A DNA stretch of 64,000 bases from an uncultured Thermoleophilia bacterium (GCA_963696935.1 CAVOMB010000056.1:3331-67330), one strand, 5' to 3'. Numbered from the stretch's first letter, positions 1 to 9,299 are shown. The notes: generated by a model from the sequence alone, not told the origin. Made by a program: numbers and translations.

Positions 1-627
1 CTTGGCGGCCAGCGCCTCCGGCCCGCCGCGCAGTTCCTCGGCGACGGCGCACATCACGGAGAGGTCGCCGCCGTGCTCGGACGTCATCACCATCGGCTTG
101 GTGGTGTTGGTGACCATCGCCTTGAAGCTCTCGAGGTAGGAGCGCGCCGGCTCGATGTCGCTTGGATGCGCGAACGACATGACGAAGTCGATGTTGGGCA
201 GCGCGTCGCAGAGGCGCGCGGCGCGCGCCACGTCGGCCAGCACGCTGATCCGGTGCTCGCCGGTCTCGAGGTCGTAGGTGCTCATCAGGTCGGAGCCGGT
301 CCCGAAATAGCTGTTGTGGCCGCCGAGGGACATCGCCGGCTCGCCGGCGCGGTCGAAGATGTCGACGACCGCCGGCGCCGTTGCCCGAGCCTTCTCCACG
401 AGCTCGCGCGGGATGCGCACCAGCTCGGGCTCGGTCAGCTCCGCGCCGGCCGCGACCAGCAGTTCGCGCGCGCCGGGGTGCAGGACGCGCATGCCGACGG
501 ATCCGATGATCTCGAGTGCAGCCTCGTAGATGGCCGTCTTGTCTGCCGCGGTCAGGTAGGTCAGCCGGCCGGGACGCGGCCGTACGTCTGGCGCGCTCGT
601 TTGGGGGGTCGGGTCTGAGGTAGGCAC
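1..627 (-). CDS. MttB-superfamily (trimethylamine methyltransferase family) protein, N-terminal 209 codons; 3' end runs off the window
   Basis: My own minus-strand translation. GTG at 627 is preceded by GGAGGAG. The product reads ...TYLTAADKTAIYEAALEIIGSVGMRVL...YFGTGSDLMSTYDLETGEHR...LPNIDFVMSF... and is collinear with the paralogs at 45690-47126 and 48868-50280. The listed + ORF 73-618 is its antisense shadow. Confidence 0.8.
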   Translation of the reverse strand, partial: MPTSDPTPQTSAPDVRPRPGRLTYLTAADKTAIYEAALEIIGSVGMRVLHPGARELLVAAGAELTEPELVRIPRELVEKARATAPAVVDIFDRAGEPAMSLGGHNSYFGTGSDLMSTYDLETGEHRISVLADVARAARLCDALPNIDFVMSFAHPSDIEPARSYLESFKAMVTNTTKPMVMTSEHGGDLSVMCAVAEELRGGPEALAAK

Positions 628-780
628 CGTAGGCTCCTCCGTGGTCCAGATGGGGGTCTCGCGTCGTTCACCCTGACGGCACCCTCGCACCGCCGCAAGC
701 TCCTCCTGCTGTTGTCCAGAGTATTGAACTCGTTTTCGTTGTCGTGCGGCGAGGTGACCGTTATGCTGGATTGACGGGAG

Positions 781-1659
781 GTGGAAGCGATAGCCGACGC
801 ACGCAGACCCGACGAAGAAGGCACGACCTGGGGAGCCGCACGCGTCCTCGACGTGCTCGAGTTCCTCGGCCGGCGCACGAGCCCGGCACCGGCCAGCATC
901 ATCGCGTCCTCGTGCCACATCCCGCGCTCGAGCACCTACGGTCTGCTCAACCTGCTCAAGGAGCGGCGCTTCGTGAGCTACCGCTCCGACGAGCGCGCCT
1001 GGTCGCTCGGCTCGGCGGCGTTCGAGCTCAGCGCCGACGCACCGCTGTTCGCCCACGGTCTCGCCGTGCTGCGCGCGTTCGCCACGTCGTCGCGCGGACT
1101 CACCGTGCAGCAGATCGCGTTCGGCGCCGGCATGTCGCGGGTCGCCGTCACGCGCATCCTGCCGTACCTCGTCGAAAGCGACCTGCTGCATGCGGACCCG
1201 GGCGGCACCTACTCGCTCGGCCTCGAACTGGTCAGCCTCGCCTCGCGCGTCGGCTGGGTCGACCGCCTGCGCATCACCGCCCGGGCGCACCTCGTGCGCC
1301 TGCGCGACGCCACCGCGGAGACCGCCAACCTCATCGTGCTCGACGGCGACCATGCGATCTACGTGGACCAGGTCGAGAGCTCCTACGCTCTGCGCCACAG
1401 CGGCTGGGTGGGTCGCCGCGTGCCGCTGGCGGGCACCGCGACCGGCGGCGCCTTCGGCGACCGCACCCGGTCCCACGTGGCCAAGGACGCCGTGGAGACC
1501 GGCGTGACCTCCATCGTCTGCGTCATCGACCTGCCCGGCGACGATGCCGCGGTCGGCATCACGGCGCCGAGCTGGCGCATCGAGGAGTTCGGCGTCCCGC
1601 GTGCGCAGCAGATGGTCGAGGCTGTGGCGCGGGAGATCTCCCAGAGGGTGCGCGGCTGA
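781..1659 (+). CDS. IclR-family transcriptional regulator
   Basis: 292 aa. N-terminal winged HTH (ARVLDVLEFLGRR...IIASSCHIPRSSTYGLLNLLKERRFV) followed by an IclR-type effector domain. The start codon is uncertain because GTG 781 sits directly on a GGGAG. Confidence 0.75.
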   Translation: MEAIADARRPDEEGTTWGAARVLDVLEFLGRRTSPAPASIIASSCHIPRSSTYGLLNLLKERRFVSYRSDERAWSLGSAAFELSADAPLFAHGLAVLRAFATSSRGLTVQQIAFGAGMSRVAVTRILPYLVESDLLHADPGGTYSLGLELVSLASRVGWVDRLRITARAHLVRLRDATAETANLIVLDGDHAIYVDQVESSYALRHSGWVGRRVPLAGTATGGAFGDRTRSHVAKDAVETGVTSIVCVIDLPGDDAAVGITAPSWRIEEFGVPRAQQMVEAVAREISQRVRG

Positions 1660-1859
1660 TCGATCCTCTGCGGCGCGTCCGGCCCACCAGCAGGCCTGGA
1701 ACGGCGGCGCCCATTTGCGTCCGTGATTTCGGACAACCCCCCCTGCGTCTGGGCATCCCGCTCGGCACCGCCTACATTCGCCAGTGAGTCAGCAGCGGCG
1801 CCCCCGCGGCCCTTCGGGCCGCCCGGCGCGGCGCCTACCCCGCGAGAGGAGACACCCCG

Positions 1860-3383
1860 GTGACCATCATCCTGGACGGCTCGTCGCTCACCGTAGAGAA
1901 GCTCGTCGCCATCGCCCGCCACGGCGAGCAGGTACAGCTCGACCCGGCAGCCGCCGAGCGCATCAACGTCTGCCGCGCCATGCTCGAGGAGAAGATCGCG
2001 GCGCGCGAGATCATGTACGGCACCAACACCGGCATCGGCGAGTTCAGCGAGATCGTGCTCGACGACGAACAGGTCCAGCAGTTCCAGCGCTTCCTCGTCT
2101 ACAACCACGCTGCAGGCATCGGCGAGCCTGCGCCGGCCGAGGTCGTGCGCGCCGCCATGGCGGCGCGCGCCAACGTCCACGCCCACGGCAACTCCGGCAA
2201 CCGGCTGGTGATCACGCAGACACTCATCGAGTGCCTCAACAAGGGCGTCACGCCACTGATGAGCTCCAAGGGTTCGGTCGGCGCCTGCGGCGACCTCGCC
2301 CCGATGGCCCAGATGGCGCTCGTCATGATGGGCGAGGGCGAGTCCTTCTACCAGGGTGAGCGCATGCCCAGCCGAGAGGCACTCGAGCGCGCCGGCATCC
2401 CGGTGCCCGGGCTGGAGGCGCGCGACGGCCTGGCCACGATCAACGGCTCCAACGTCCTCACCGGCATGAGCGCGCTCCTCTGCTACGACGCCGAGCGCTG
2501 GTTCAAGCAGGCGGAGATCGCCGCGGCGATGAGCCTCGAGGCGCTGCTCGCCAACCTCAAGCCGTACAACAGCAAGCTGCACGAACTGCGCGGCTTCTCC
2601 GGCGCCGTGCGCAGCGCCGCCGCCATCCGCGCCTGCATCGCCGAGAGCGACCTCGCCACCGGCAAGATCAAGACCAAGGTGCAGGACGCGTACTCCATGC
2701 GCTCCACGCCTCAGGTCATCGGCGCCGCACACGACGCGCTCAAGTGGGCGAAGAGCCAGGTCGAGATCGAGCTGAACGGCGTCGGCGACAACCCGATCTT
2801 CGTGCCCGAGGACAAGCTGACGCTGACCGGCGCCAACTTCCAGGGCACGCCGGTCAGCCTCCCCATGGAGATGGTCGGGCAGGCCATCACCATGGTCTGC
2901 GTACTCAGCGAGCGCCGGCTCAACCGCATGGAGAACACGGCGACCAGCCAGGGTCTGCCCGACTTTCTCACGCCGAACCCCGGCTTCTACAGCGGACTGA
3001 TGCTCAGCCAGTACACGGCCGACATGCTGATCACCGAGCAGCGTATCCTCGCGGCGCCGGCGGCGACCATGAGCATCCCCGCCGCCGCCGACCAGGAAGA
3101 TTTCGTCTCCATGGGCATGAACACGGCCCTCAAGAACCGGCAGATCCTCGAGAACGCCTGCGGGATTCTCGGCATCGAGTTCATGGCCGCGGCTCAGGCC
3201 CTGGACTTCCGTGACTTCACGCCGGGCAAGGGCGTGCGGAAGGCCAAGGAGGTCATCCGCACGCATGTCGACCACCTCGACGTCGACCGTCCGCTCTTCC
3301 CCGACCACAACGCGATGGCCGCCCTGGTCAAGTCGGGTGAGATCCTCGACGCCGTCGAGGCGGAGGTCGGCTCGCTCGGCTGA
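1860..3383 (+). CDS. Histidine/aromatic amino-acid ammonia-lyase family (HAL/PAL) enzyme with an Ala-Cys-Gly triad
   Basis: 507 aa. RBS AGAGGAG lies 8 nt before the GTG. HAL-family blocks present: YGTNTGIGEF, YNHAAGIG, GSVGACGDLAPM, GLATINGSN, QDAYSMRSTPQVIGA, GANFQGTP, DQEDFVSMG. Confidence 0.85.
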   Translation: MTIILDGSSLTVEKLVAIARHGEQVQLDPAAAERINVCRAMLEEKIAAREIMYGTNTGIGEFSEIVLDDEQVQQFQRFLVYNHAAGIGEPAPAEVVRAAMAARANVHAHGNSGNRLVITQTLIECLNKGVTPLMSSKGSVGACGDLAPMAQMALVMMGEGESFYQGERMPSREALERAGIPVPGLEARDGLATINGSNVLTGMSALLCYDAERWFKQAEIAAAMSLEALLANLKPYNSKLHELRGFSGAVRSAAAIRACIAESDLATGKIKTKVQDAYSMRSTPQVIGAAHDALKWAKSQVEIELNGVGDNPIFVPEDKLTLTGANFQGTPVSLPMEMVGQAITMVCVLSERRLNRMENTATSQGLPDFLTPNPGFYSGLMLSQYTADMLITEQRILAAPAATMSIPAAADQEDFVSMGMNTALKNRQILENACGILGIEFMAAAQALDFRDFTPGKGVRKAKEVIRTHVDHLDVDRPLFPDHNAMAALVKSGEILDAVEAEVGSLG

Positions 3384-3420
3384 GTCCGTCCCCGACCGGG
3401 GAGCGCCGGCGGCGTCAGGT

Positions 3421-3463
3421 CGGCCCAGGTGCGCGGGTCCTAGACACCCGCGCACCTGGGCCG
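3421..3463. terminator. Perfect 18-bp stem / 7-nt loop hairpin downstream of the lyase gene
   Basis: cggcccaggtgcgcgggt-cctagac-acccgcgcacctgggccg. No clear U-tract follows, so terminator function is inferred from position only. Confidence 0.4.
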
Positions 3464-3563
3464 ATGTCCCTCTCAAGCAGAGGACGCCGCAGGCCGAAAC
3501 CATAAGAGAGGAGCGCACCCCCCAGGGGTGGCGCTCGCCCCACTACCCGGGAGACGACGGACG

Positions 3564-3803
3564 ATGACAGAACCGCAGGACAACTTCACGCGGCGCGAGG
3601 TGACCGCGCGCGGGTTCGAGGCACAGTGCGTCGCCGACGAGTCGGTCGTCTACCTCTGGCACCTCGGCTGTGGACTGCGCGCGGACAAGCGGGACGGCTC
3701 CACCATCCTCATCACCGACCCGGCCACGCTACCGGAGGGTCCGTGGATGGCGACGGAGCTGGGACGCGAGGAGCTGCGTGACCCGACGCTGCTGGAGCTC
3801 TGA
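3564..3803 (+). CDS. Hypothetical small protein (79 aa)
   Basis: ATG at 3564 follows GGGAGA. Strong GC3 bias supports coding. I recognise no motif. Confidence 0.45.
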   Translation: MTEPQDNFTRREVTARGFEAQCVADESVVYLWHLGCGLRADKRDGSTILITDPATLPEGPWMATELGREELRDPTLLEL

Positions 3804-3848
3804 GTCCGACGGGCAGCCCACGGAGCGGCCACTGAGGATGGGGGTGGG

Positions 3849-3893
<45 letters not shown>

Positions 3894-4139
3894 TTCGCCT
3901 CTGCGCGCGCCGCACGCTGCCGATGGGTGCCATTCGAGCCTGAGCTGAGAAAGCACGACCTGAACTCATCTCGCGGCATCGGGCTGGGACCGGTCGCTGC
4001 CGCTGCCGTGCGTTCGCCCTCCACACCCCGGCCGGCGGGCACCCCGGGCGCTCAGCTGCGTCGTCAGGCTCTCGGCAAGCAGGTCGCGTGCAGGTCCTTC
4101 TGGCGTCGGGCAGGCCGCGTGACTTCCAGCTGCTTGCGC

Positions 4140-4376
4140 CTAGCGCCTCGGTCGCCGGCCCCCTGGTCGCAACGGCAGATGGTCACCGCTCCTGTAGCTG
4201 ATGACGAGGGCGACCGTTGCGCCAAGCAGCGAAAGGAAGAGCGTGAGAAGGAACCCGAGGGCGAAGCCGCCGCCGATCGACCTGCCTTTGCGACGAGAGA
4301 TGGTCATGCACCAGAAGCCGACGCAGACAGGAAGCACAACGCAGGAGAGCCAAAGCACGAGTTCTTCGCGTCCCAT
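4140..4376 (-). CDS. Small membrane protein (78 aa, two predicted TM helices)
   Basis: Two hydrophobic stretches (LVLWLSCVVLPVCVGFWCM and GFALGFLLTLFLSLLGATVALVI). GC3 is lower than in the flanking core genes. The RBS is weak. Confidence 0.4.
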   Translation of the reverse strand: MGREELVLWLSCVVLPVCVGFWCMTISRRKGRSIGGGFALGFLLTLFLSLLGATVALVISYRSGDHLPLRPGGRRPRR

Positions 4377-4595
4377 GGTGAACGCGCCTCAGGTCGCGCT
4401 TCGCGGCGATGCTCCCCTGGGAAAGACACGGCCCTCTGCCAGTCCTTCGCCAAGGCGAGTGACCCGCGGAGCTTGACGCGGCGTCAACGAACAGCCCTGG
4501 CAGGAACAACTTGGAACGTCGCCGCTCTTCCTCTGCCCATGCAGTTGGAGATGTCCGTGCAGCGGTGGACCTCACCCTCTCCAGGTCGCGACCGG

Positions 4596-6386
4596 TCAAT
4601 TGCACGCCTCATCTTCGACTGGCTCCCCGAGAGGGGGATGGGCTTGCCCCGGTATGCCGCGTCCGTGAACCACGTGTGCTTCCTCATGCACGAACTTGCC
4701 GCCGCGCATCCACGAGGCGAACGCCGCGATCAGGCACATCGCCGCCGCGAAGACGAGCACGTAGACGATGCCGTCCTTGAACGGATGGGCGATGAGTGAG
4801 GGGAAGAACTCCTTACCCACGAGCGTGTGCACGTTGATCGTGGGCAGCGCGCCCAAGACGTGCGCGCCGAGGAGTTCCCTCAGCGGGTTGAAGCCGAGAA
4901 AGGCGGCAAACAGGTAGCCCGTGGGCGGCATGTGCGAGAGCTGCGTAGCGACCTGCGCCGGCACGTGTTGGCCGGTGAGGCCGGCAAACATGGCTGCCGG
5001 AACGTGAGTCGTGAGGCCGACCACCATGAGCGAGAAGAAGATGCCGATGGAGAGCGGCATGCCGAGCGTCTGGGCGGTGGCGCGCATGCCCGAGGCGACG
5101 CCGCGGTTACGCGCCGGCACGCTGTTCATGATGGCCGCCGTGTTGGGGGCGGCGAACATGCCGAAGGCGATGCCGTTGAGGAAGAGTATGCAGCCGAAGG
5201 TCCAGTAGGCGAAGTCCGCGGGCAGGGTCATGAGCAGCAGGAAGCTGAGCGCCGCCAGCAGCATGCCGGTGGTGGCGAAGGGGCGGGCCCCGTAGCGGTC
5301 GGAGAGGATACCAGACACGGGCCCGGCGACGAGGAAGCCCAGGGTCATGGGAAGCATGTAGATGCCGGCCCAGAGCGGCGTCTGCTCGAAGCTGTAGCCG
5401 TGCAACGGCAGCCAGATGCCCTGGAGCCACATGATGAGCATGAACTGCAAGCCGCCGTTGGCGATCGAAGAGAGCAGCACGGCGAGGTTGCCGGCAGCGA
5501 AGGCGCGGATGCGGAAAAGTCCGAGGTCGAACATCGGCTCGTCGACGTGGCGCTCGATCACGACGAAGGCGATGAGAAGCGCGACGCCGCCTCCGATCAT
5601 GGCCACGACAAAGGGGTTCGACCAGCCCATGTCGGAGGCGCCGTGAGGCCTGATGCCGTAGGTGATGCCGGTGAGCAGGACGGCGAGGCCGGCGGCGAAG
5701 GTGAGGTTGCCGAGCCAGTCGATGCGGGCCCGGTGACGCTCACCGACCTCGCGCAGCTGCCAGAAGGACCAGAGGACGCCGAGGATGCCAAGCGGCACGT
5801 TGACGAGGAACACGAGCCGCCAGTCGACGGCGGCAAGCACGCCGCCCAGGATGAGGCCGATGAACGATCCCGCGAGCACAGAGACGCCGTTGATGCCGAG
5901 CGCCATGCCGCGCTGATCGGCGGGGAAGACGTCGGTGAGGATGGCCGCCGAGTTGGCCATCATCAGGGCGCCGCCCGCCGCCTGGACCATGCGAAAGGCG
6001 ATGATCTCGATGGCGCCGGTCGAGCCGGTGCTCCACACCAGCGTGAGGCCGAGGGCGGCTGCCGTGAAGACGACGAAGCCGATCTTGAATATACGCACGC
6101 GGCCGAACATGTCGCCGATGCGGCCCGCGGTGACGACGAGCGCGGCCGAGACCAGGCCGTAGCCCATGAGGATCCAGAGCAGGTAGGTGAAGTTGCCGGC
6201 GTCGAGCGGGCTCAGATGGATGCCGCGAAAGATGTCGGGCAGGGCGATCAGGAGGCTCGAGGCGTTGATCATGGCCATGAGCACGCCGAGAGTCGTGCAG
6301 GAGAGTGCAACCCACTTGTAGGGGATGCGGTGGCCCGTGGGCGCTCCCGGCTCGAGTGCGAGCCCCGCTGGTTCAGATGGTGTCAT
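4596..6386 (-). CDS. MFS transporter, DHA2 (EmrB/QacA-like, 14-TM) drug:H+ antiporter type
   Basis: 596 aa and highly hydrophobic. MFS motifs include GRIGDMFGRVRIF. The start overlaps the marR stop (ATGA). Confidence 0.85.
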   Translation of the reverse strand: MTPSEPAGLALEPGAPTGHRIPYKWVALSCTTLGVLMAMINASSLLIALPDIFRGIHLSPLDAGNFTYLLWILMGYGLVSAALVVTAGRIGDMFGRVRIFKIGFVVFTAAALGLTLVWSTGSTGAIEIIAFRMVQAAGGALMMANSAAILTDVFPADQRGMALGINGVSVLAGSFIGLILGGVLAAVDWRLVFLVNVPLGILGVLWSFWQLREVGERHRARIDWLGNLTFAAGLAVLLTGITYGIRPHGASDMGWSNPFVVAMIGGGVALLIAFVVIERHVDEPMFDLGLFRIRAFAAGNLAVLLSSIANGGLQFMLIMWLQGIWLPLHGYSFEQTPLWAGIYMLPMTLGFLVAGPVSGILSDRYGARPFATTGMLLAALSFLLLMTLPADFAYWTFGCILFLNGIAFGMFAAPNTAAIMNSVPARNRGVASGMRATAQTLGMPLSIGIFFSLMVVGLTTHVPAAMFAGLTGQHVPAQVATQLSHMPPTGYLFAAFLGFNPLRELLGAHVLGALPTINVHTLVGKEFFPSLIAHPFKDGIVYVLVFAAAMCLIAAFASWMRGGKFVHEEAHVVHGRGIPGQAHPPLGEPVEDEACN

Positions 6387-6868
6387 GTTTGTGGGCTCCT
6401 CACTGCTGCAGCATCGTCGGTGGCATGGATCTTGTCGGGGCTCAGCGCCCCGGCGAGCGCCCCCAGCCCCTTCGCAAGGGCGTCGAGAGCGTCGTCGCTC
6501 AAGTGGCCGAGCCCTTCCTTCAGGCTCTGATCACTCCCGTGGCGAAGCTCGCCCAGGAGCTTCGCGCCCCGCGGCGTGGCCGCCAGAAGCACACGCCGAC
6601 GGTCGCTCGCATCGGCTCCGCGCTCTACATAGCCGCGACGCACGAGCTGGTCGACGAGCAGGCTGGTCGCCGACTCGCCGATGCGTAGCTCGCGGCCGAG
6701 CCTGCAGACTGGGATGCCCGCGTTCTGCTCTACGGCGATGAGAGCCTTGAACTGCGCCATCGTCAGATCGAGTTGCAGCCACACGGGGACGCTCAGCCGA
6801 TGCAGGCCGGCGTAGACGGTCCGCAGGTCAGCGGTGATGGTCTGGGCGCGCGGGTCGTGACGGTTCAT
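6383..6868 (-). CDS. MarR-family transcriptional regulator
   Basis: 161 aa. Winged helix LTMAQFKALIAVEQNAGIPVCRLGRELRIGESATSLLVDQLVRRGYVERGADASDRRRVLL. Translationally coupled to the MFS gene. Confidence 0.85.
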   Translation of the reverse strand: MNRHDPRAQTITADLRTVYAGLHRLSVPVWLQLDLTMAQFKALIAVEQNAGIPVCRLGRELRIGESATSLLVDQLVRRGYVERGADASDRRRVLLAATPRGAKLLGELRHGSDQSLKEGLGHLSDDALDALAKGLGALAGALSPDKIHATDDAAAVRSPQT

Positions 6869-6942
6869 CTTTGCCTCGCGGGGTCAAGGAGGGCCGAAGG
6901 CGCAGAGGCCTCAGGCCGAACGCGGCAGGAAGGACAACGTCG

Positions 6943-6982
6943 AGTGTAGCAAAAGCCCATCTCGAAAGCCAATCAAATTGGC
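6943..6982 (-). promoter_or_regulatory. Candidate marR-MFS promoter with an overlapping palindromic operator
   Basis: On the minus strand: TTGGCT, 18 nt, TACACT (-10 at 6948-6943). The inverted repeat GCCAAT-nnn-ATTGGC at 6968-6982 overlaps the -35. It lies about 75 nt upstream of the marR ATG. Confidence 0.35.
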
Positions 6983-7358
6983 GACGCCAAAGTATCTAGC
7001 GTGATGTTGCGCAAGAGCTCCGTGACCATGTGTGCTCGCGGCTCTCATTCCGTCGGCGACGTCTGACGCGCCTAGTACGCAAACGCACTCAGGACACTAG
7101 GTGCCGCGATCGCCGAGCCTCTCTGAACCCTGCGGCTCGGCTCGCAGGGCGCCCTCGGCAGTGCACTGGTCGCCGGTCACCGTGGAGCGCGGGGGCTGGC
7201 GGGAACGTTCCTTGCACCCCATCCCGTACCTTGATGCGCGTCGATTGGCTCGTCGCTGCCAGTCAAGACCACTTGCGGCTCGCGCATCCCTTGAAGTAGG
7301 CGCGAACTCGGCGAGGCTGCGCGCGAACGAGGCGAACGAGGCTCCCCCGCGCGGGGCC

Positions 7359-8300
7359 TCAGGACGACTGGGCGACCAACTGCGGCGGCCGCTGCTCCAG
7401 GAGGTCGCGGGGCCAGCCCCCGCGCTCGGCCACGGCTTCATAGGTGCTGCGCAGGAACGTCAGCAGTGCCTCGCGTGGGTCCTCCGCCGTGCGCACCGCG
7501 TCGTAGGGCAGCATGAAGCCGCCCGGCATGCCGGGGGCCTGCACCCACTGCGCGGCTGCCGGCTGCACGCTGGCCGTCTCCAGGCCGCTCGGCGGGGGGA
7601 ATGCCATGACGAAGAAGGACGCCGCAGGTGCTGCCTCACTGCCGAAGCTAAGCGTCGAGCTCACGCCCTCCGCGTCGAGATTTCCGGACATGATCTTGGA
7701 CAAGCCCTCGGGCGCCTGGGCTGGCCGGCCCGAATGCCGCGTCGTGCCGAAGTCGCCGCCGCCCCAGTAGTAGCTCGGCGGCGTGTGCTTGCCCCAGTAG
7801 CCGCTGGCGTACTGCTCGTACACCGAGCCGACGCGGATCATCGCCTGCCAGAGCAGGTTCGCCTGCTCGGGGTCGTAGAGGTGGTGTGTCGCGTCCTCGT
7901 GGAACGGAATCGGCTCGGCGACCTCCTGCGGCAGCGGATTGATGGCGGCCGGGACCTCGAGCTCGGTGAGGGCGGCGAGCACCTCGCGGTAGAACTCCGC
8001 CACGGACGCACCGAGCTTCACGGCCACGCTCCGCCCGTCGCTGCGCTCGAAGCGCGCCTCGTGGCGGATCAGGTCGAGGTCGACGGCCATGGTGCCGTCA
8101 CCCGCCCACAGGGGAGTGGTCGTAAACCCGTCCTGTGAGAGGCGCAGCGGCGCGTGGCCCCACTGCGCCAGAGGCGGGGTGAGGGCGAGCCGGATCTTCC
8201 CGACGATCTGCGAGTACATGTGGAGCGTCTCGCGCGTGTCCTTGTAGGCCTCGTAGCGGAGCTCGGGCCACGTATCCGTCTTGCTAGTCATTTCGGTCAC
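7359..8300 (-). CDS. Conserved hypothetical protein (DUF5996-like)
   Basis: 313 aa. The N-terminus WPELRYEAYKDTRETLHMYSQIVGKIRLALTPP matches my recollection of the DUF5996 family. Function unknown. Confidence 0.5.
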   Translation of the reverse strand: MTEMTSKTDTWPELRYEAYKDTRETLHMYSQIVGKIRLALTPPLAQWGHAPLRLSQDGFTTTPLWAGDGTMAVDLDLIRHEARFERSDGRSVAVKLGASVAEFYREVLAALTELEVPAAINPLPQEVAEPIPFHEDATHHLYDPEQANLLWQAMIRVGSVYEQYASGYWGKHTPPSYYWGGGDFGTTRHSGRPAQAPEGLSKIMSGNLDAEGVSSTLSFGSEAAPAASFFVMAFPPPSGLETASVQPAAAQWVQAPGMPGGFMLPYDAVRTAEDPREALLTFLRSTYEAVAERGGWPRDLLEQRPPQLVAQSS

Positions 8301-8408
8301 CTCAGATGTCGATGCCAGTTTCGAGCCGGCGAGCGGCGTGGATACTACTTGTGGATGCAGTTACCCTCACCTACATGGTCGAAGGCAAAACAAAAAGGGG
8401 CGGATGCG

Positions 8409-8640
8409 ATGGCAAGGGTCACCGAGCGGCGCGAGCCGGGAGCGGCCCCAGCGACCGCCGCGTCGTGTACGCGGGGCTCACTTCCGACGGCCAGCGGATG
8501 CTCGAAGAAGCCGCCCCGCTGCTGTGCACCGGGCACATCGAGCACCTCGGTGCGCGAGAGGCCGACGTCGTGACCGCCGTGACCGTCGCCATGCGCAAGG
8601 TCCTCGAGGCCGAGGGCGTCGCGCCCTCATCTTCGGGGCC
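8409..8640 (+). pseudogene. MarR-family remnant (C-terminal half only, frameshifted)
   Basis: ARVTERREPG in one frame continues as SGPSDRRVVYAGLTSDGQRMLEEAAPLL in another. This is the wing/dimerisation part of a MarR protein. The N-terminal HTH is absent. Confidence 0.3.
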
Positions 8641-8745
8641 GACCATGAAGACTCGACTCGACCCCGCATCCGGACTCGCCGCCGCCGGCTCTGCGACCGG
8701 ATGGGCGCCTGACAGTGCCGCTGCTCCCCTCCCGAAGGAGGCAAG

Positions 8746-9243
8746 ATGCCACAAGTATCCCTGAACCAGATCGCTCCGGAGTTCAGCCTGCACGACTTCT
8801 CGGGCGCCCCGGTCAGCCTGTCGGACTACCGGGGCCGCAAGAACGTCCTACTGGTGTTCAACCGCGGCTTTACCTGACCGTTCTGCCGCCGGCATATGGC
8901 GCAGTTGCGCCATGACTACTCCGAGTTCGTGGCCCGCGACACGGAAGTCGTGGTGGTCGGCCCCGAGGATGCGTCGGCCTTTGCCACCTATTGGCAGAAG
9001 GAGTCCCTGCCGTTCGTCGGTCTGCCCGATGCCAAGCACACCGTGCTCAAGCTCTACGGGCAGGAGGTGAAGCTGTTCAGATTCGGACGGATGCCGGCCC
9101 AGGTGCTCATCGACAAGGCCGGCGTCGCGCGCTTCGTCCACTACGGGCACAGCATGAGCGACATCCCCGAGAACGAAGAGGTCCTGGCCCTGGTCGACGA
9201 GATCAACGCCTCAGCGGACCCGCCTGGGCCAGGGCGCGGCTGA
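8746..9243 (+). CDS. AhpC/TSA (peroxiredoxin/redoxin-like) protein with an in-frame TGA at the CxxC position; candidate selenoprotein (UxxC)
   Basis: RBS GAAGGAGG lies 5 nt before ATG 8746. A single in-frame TGA occupies 8875-8877 (codon 44) in ...NVLLVFNRGFT-TGA-PFCRRH..., which matches the redoxin motif F.RG.WCPFC. The frame continues uninterrupted into the listed ORF 8896-9243. A hairpin lies 18 nt after the TGA. Confidence 0.6.
8896..8913 (+). promoter_or_regulatory. SECIS-like hairpin downstream of the in-frame TGA
   Basis: AUGGCGC-AGUU-GCGCCAU: a 7-bp GC-rich stem with a GU-containing apical loop about 27 nt from the UGA, within the spacing described for bacterial SECIS elements. Confidence 0.4.
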
Positions 9244-9299
9244 CCGGCGATGTGCAGTCGGTCTGACCACTCTGACCACTGTCGCAGGGGCGGCCTCGA

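Noticed and set aside
73-618. Listed + strand ORF of 181 aa at the left edge
   Set aside because: It is Arg/Gly/His-rich with no motif. The opposite strand in the same interval translates into a clean MttB-family N-terminus with an RBS and GTG start at 627, so the + ORF is a high-GC antisense shadow.
1383-3518. 711-aa minus-strand ORF overlapping the HAL-family gene. Similar long antisense ORFs occur at 4827-6530, 7101-8138, 18244-19815, 19812-21101, 28506-30116, 33964-36138, 40867-42984, 42675-44129, 45846-47411, 47500-48657, 48883-50331, 55692-57587 and 61876-63777.
   Set aside because: All lie opposite genes with unambiguous family motifs. They have Arg/Ala/Gly/Pro-dominated low-complexity translations and lack RBS-start pairs. 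Such ORFs are typical stop-codon-poor antisense frames in ~70% GC DNA.
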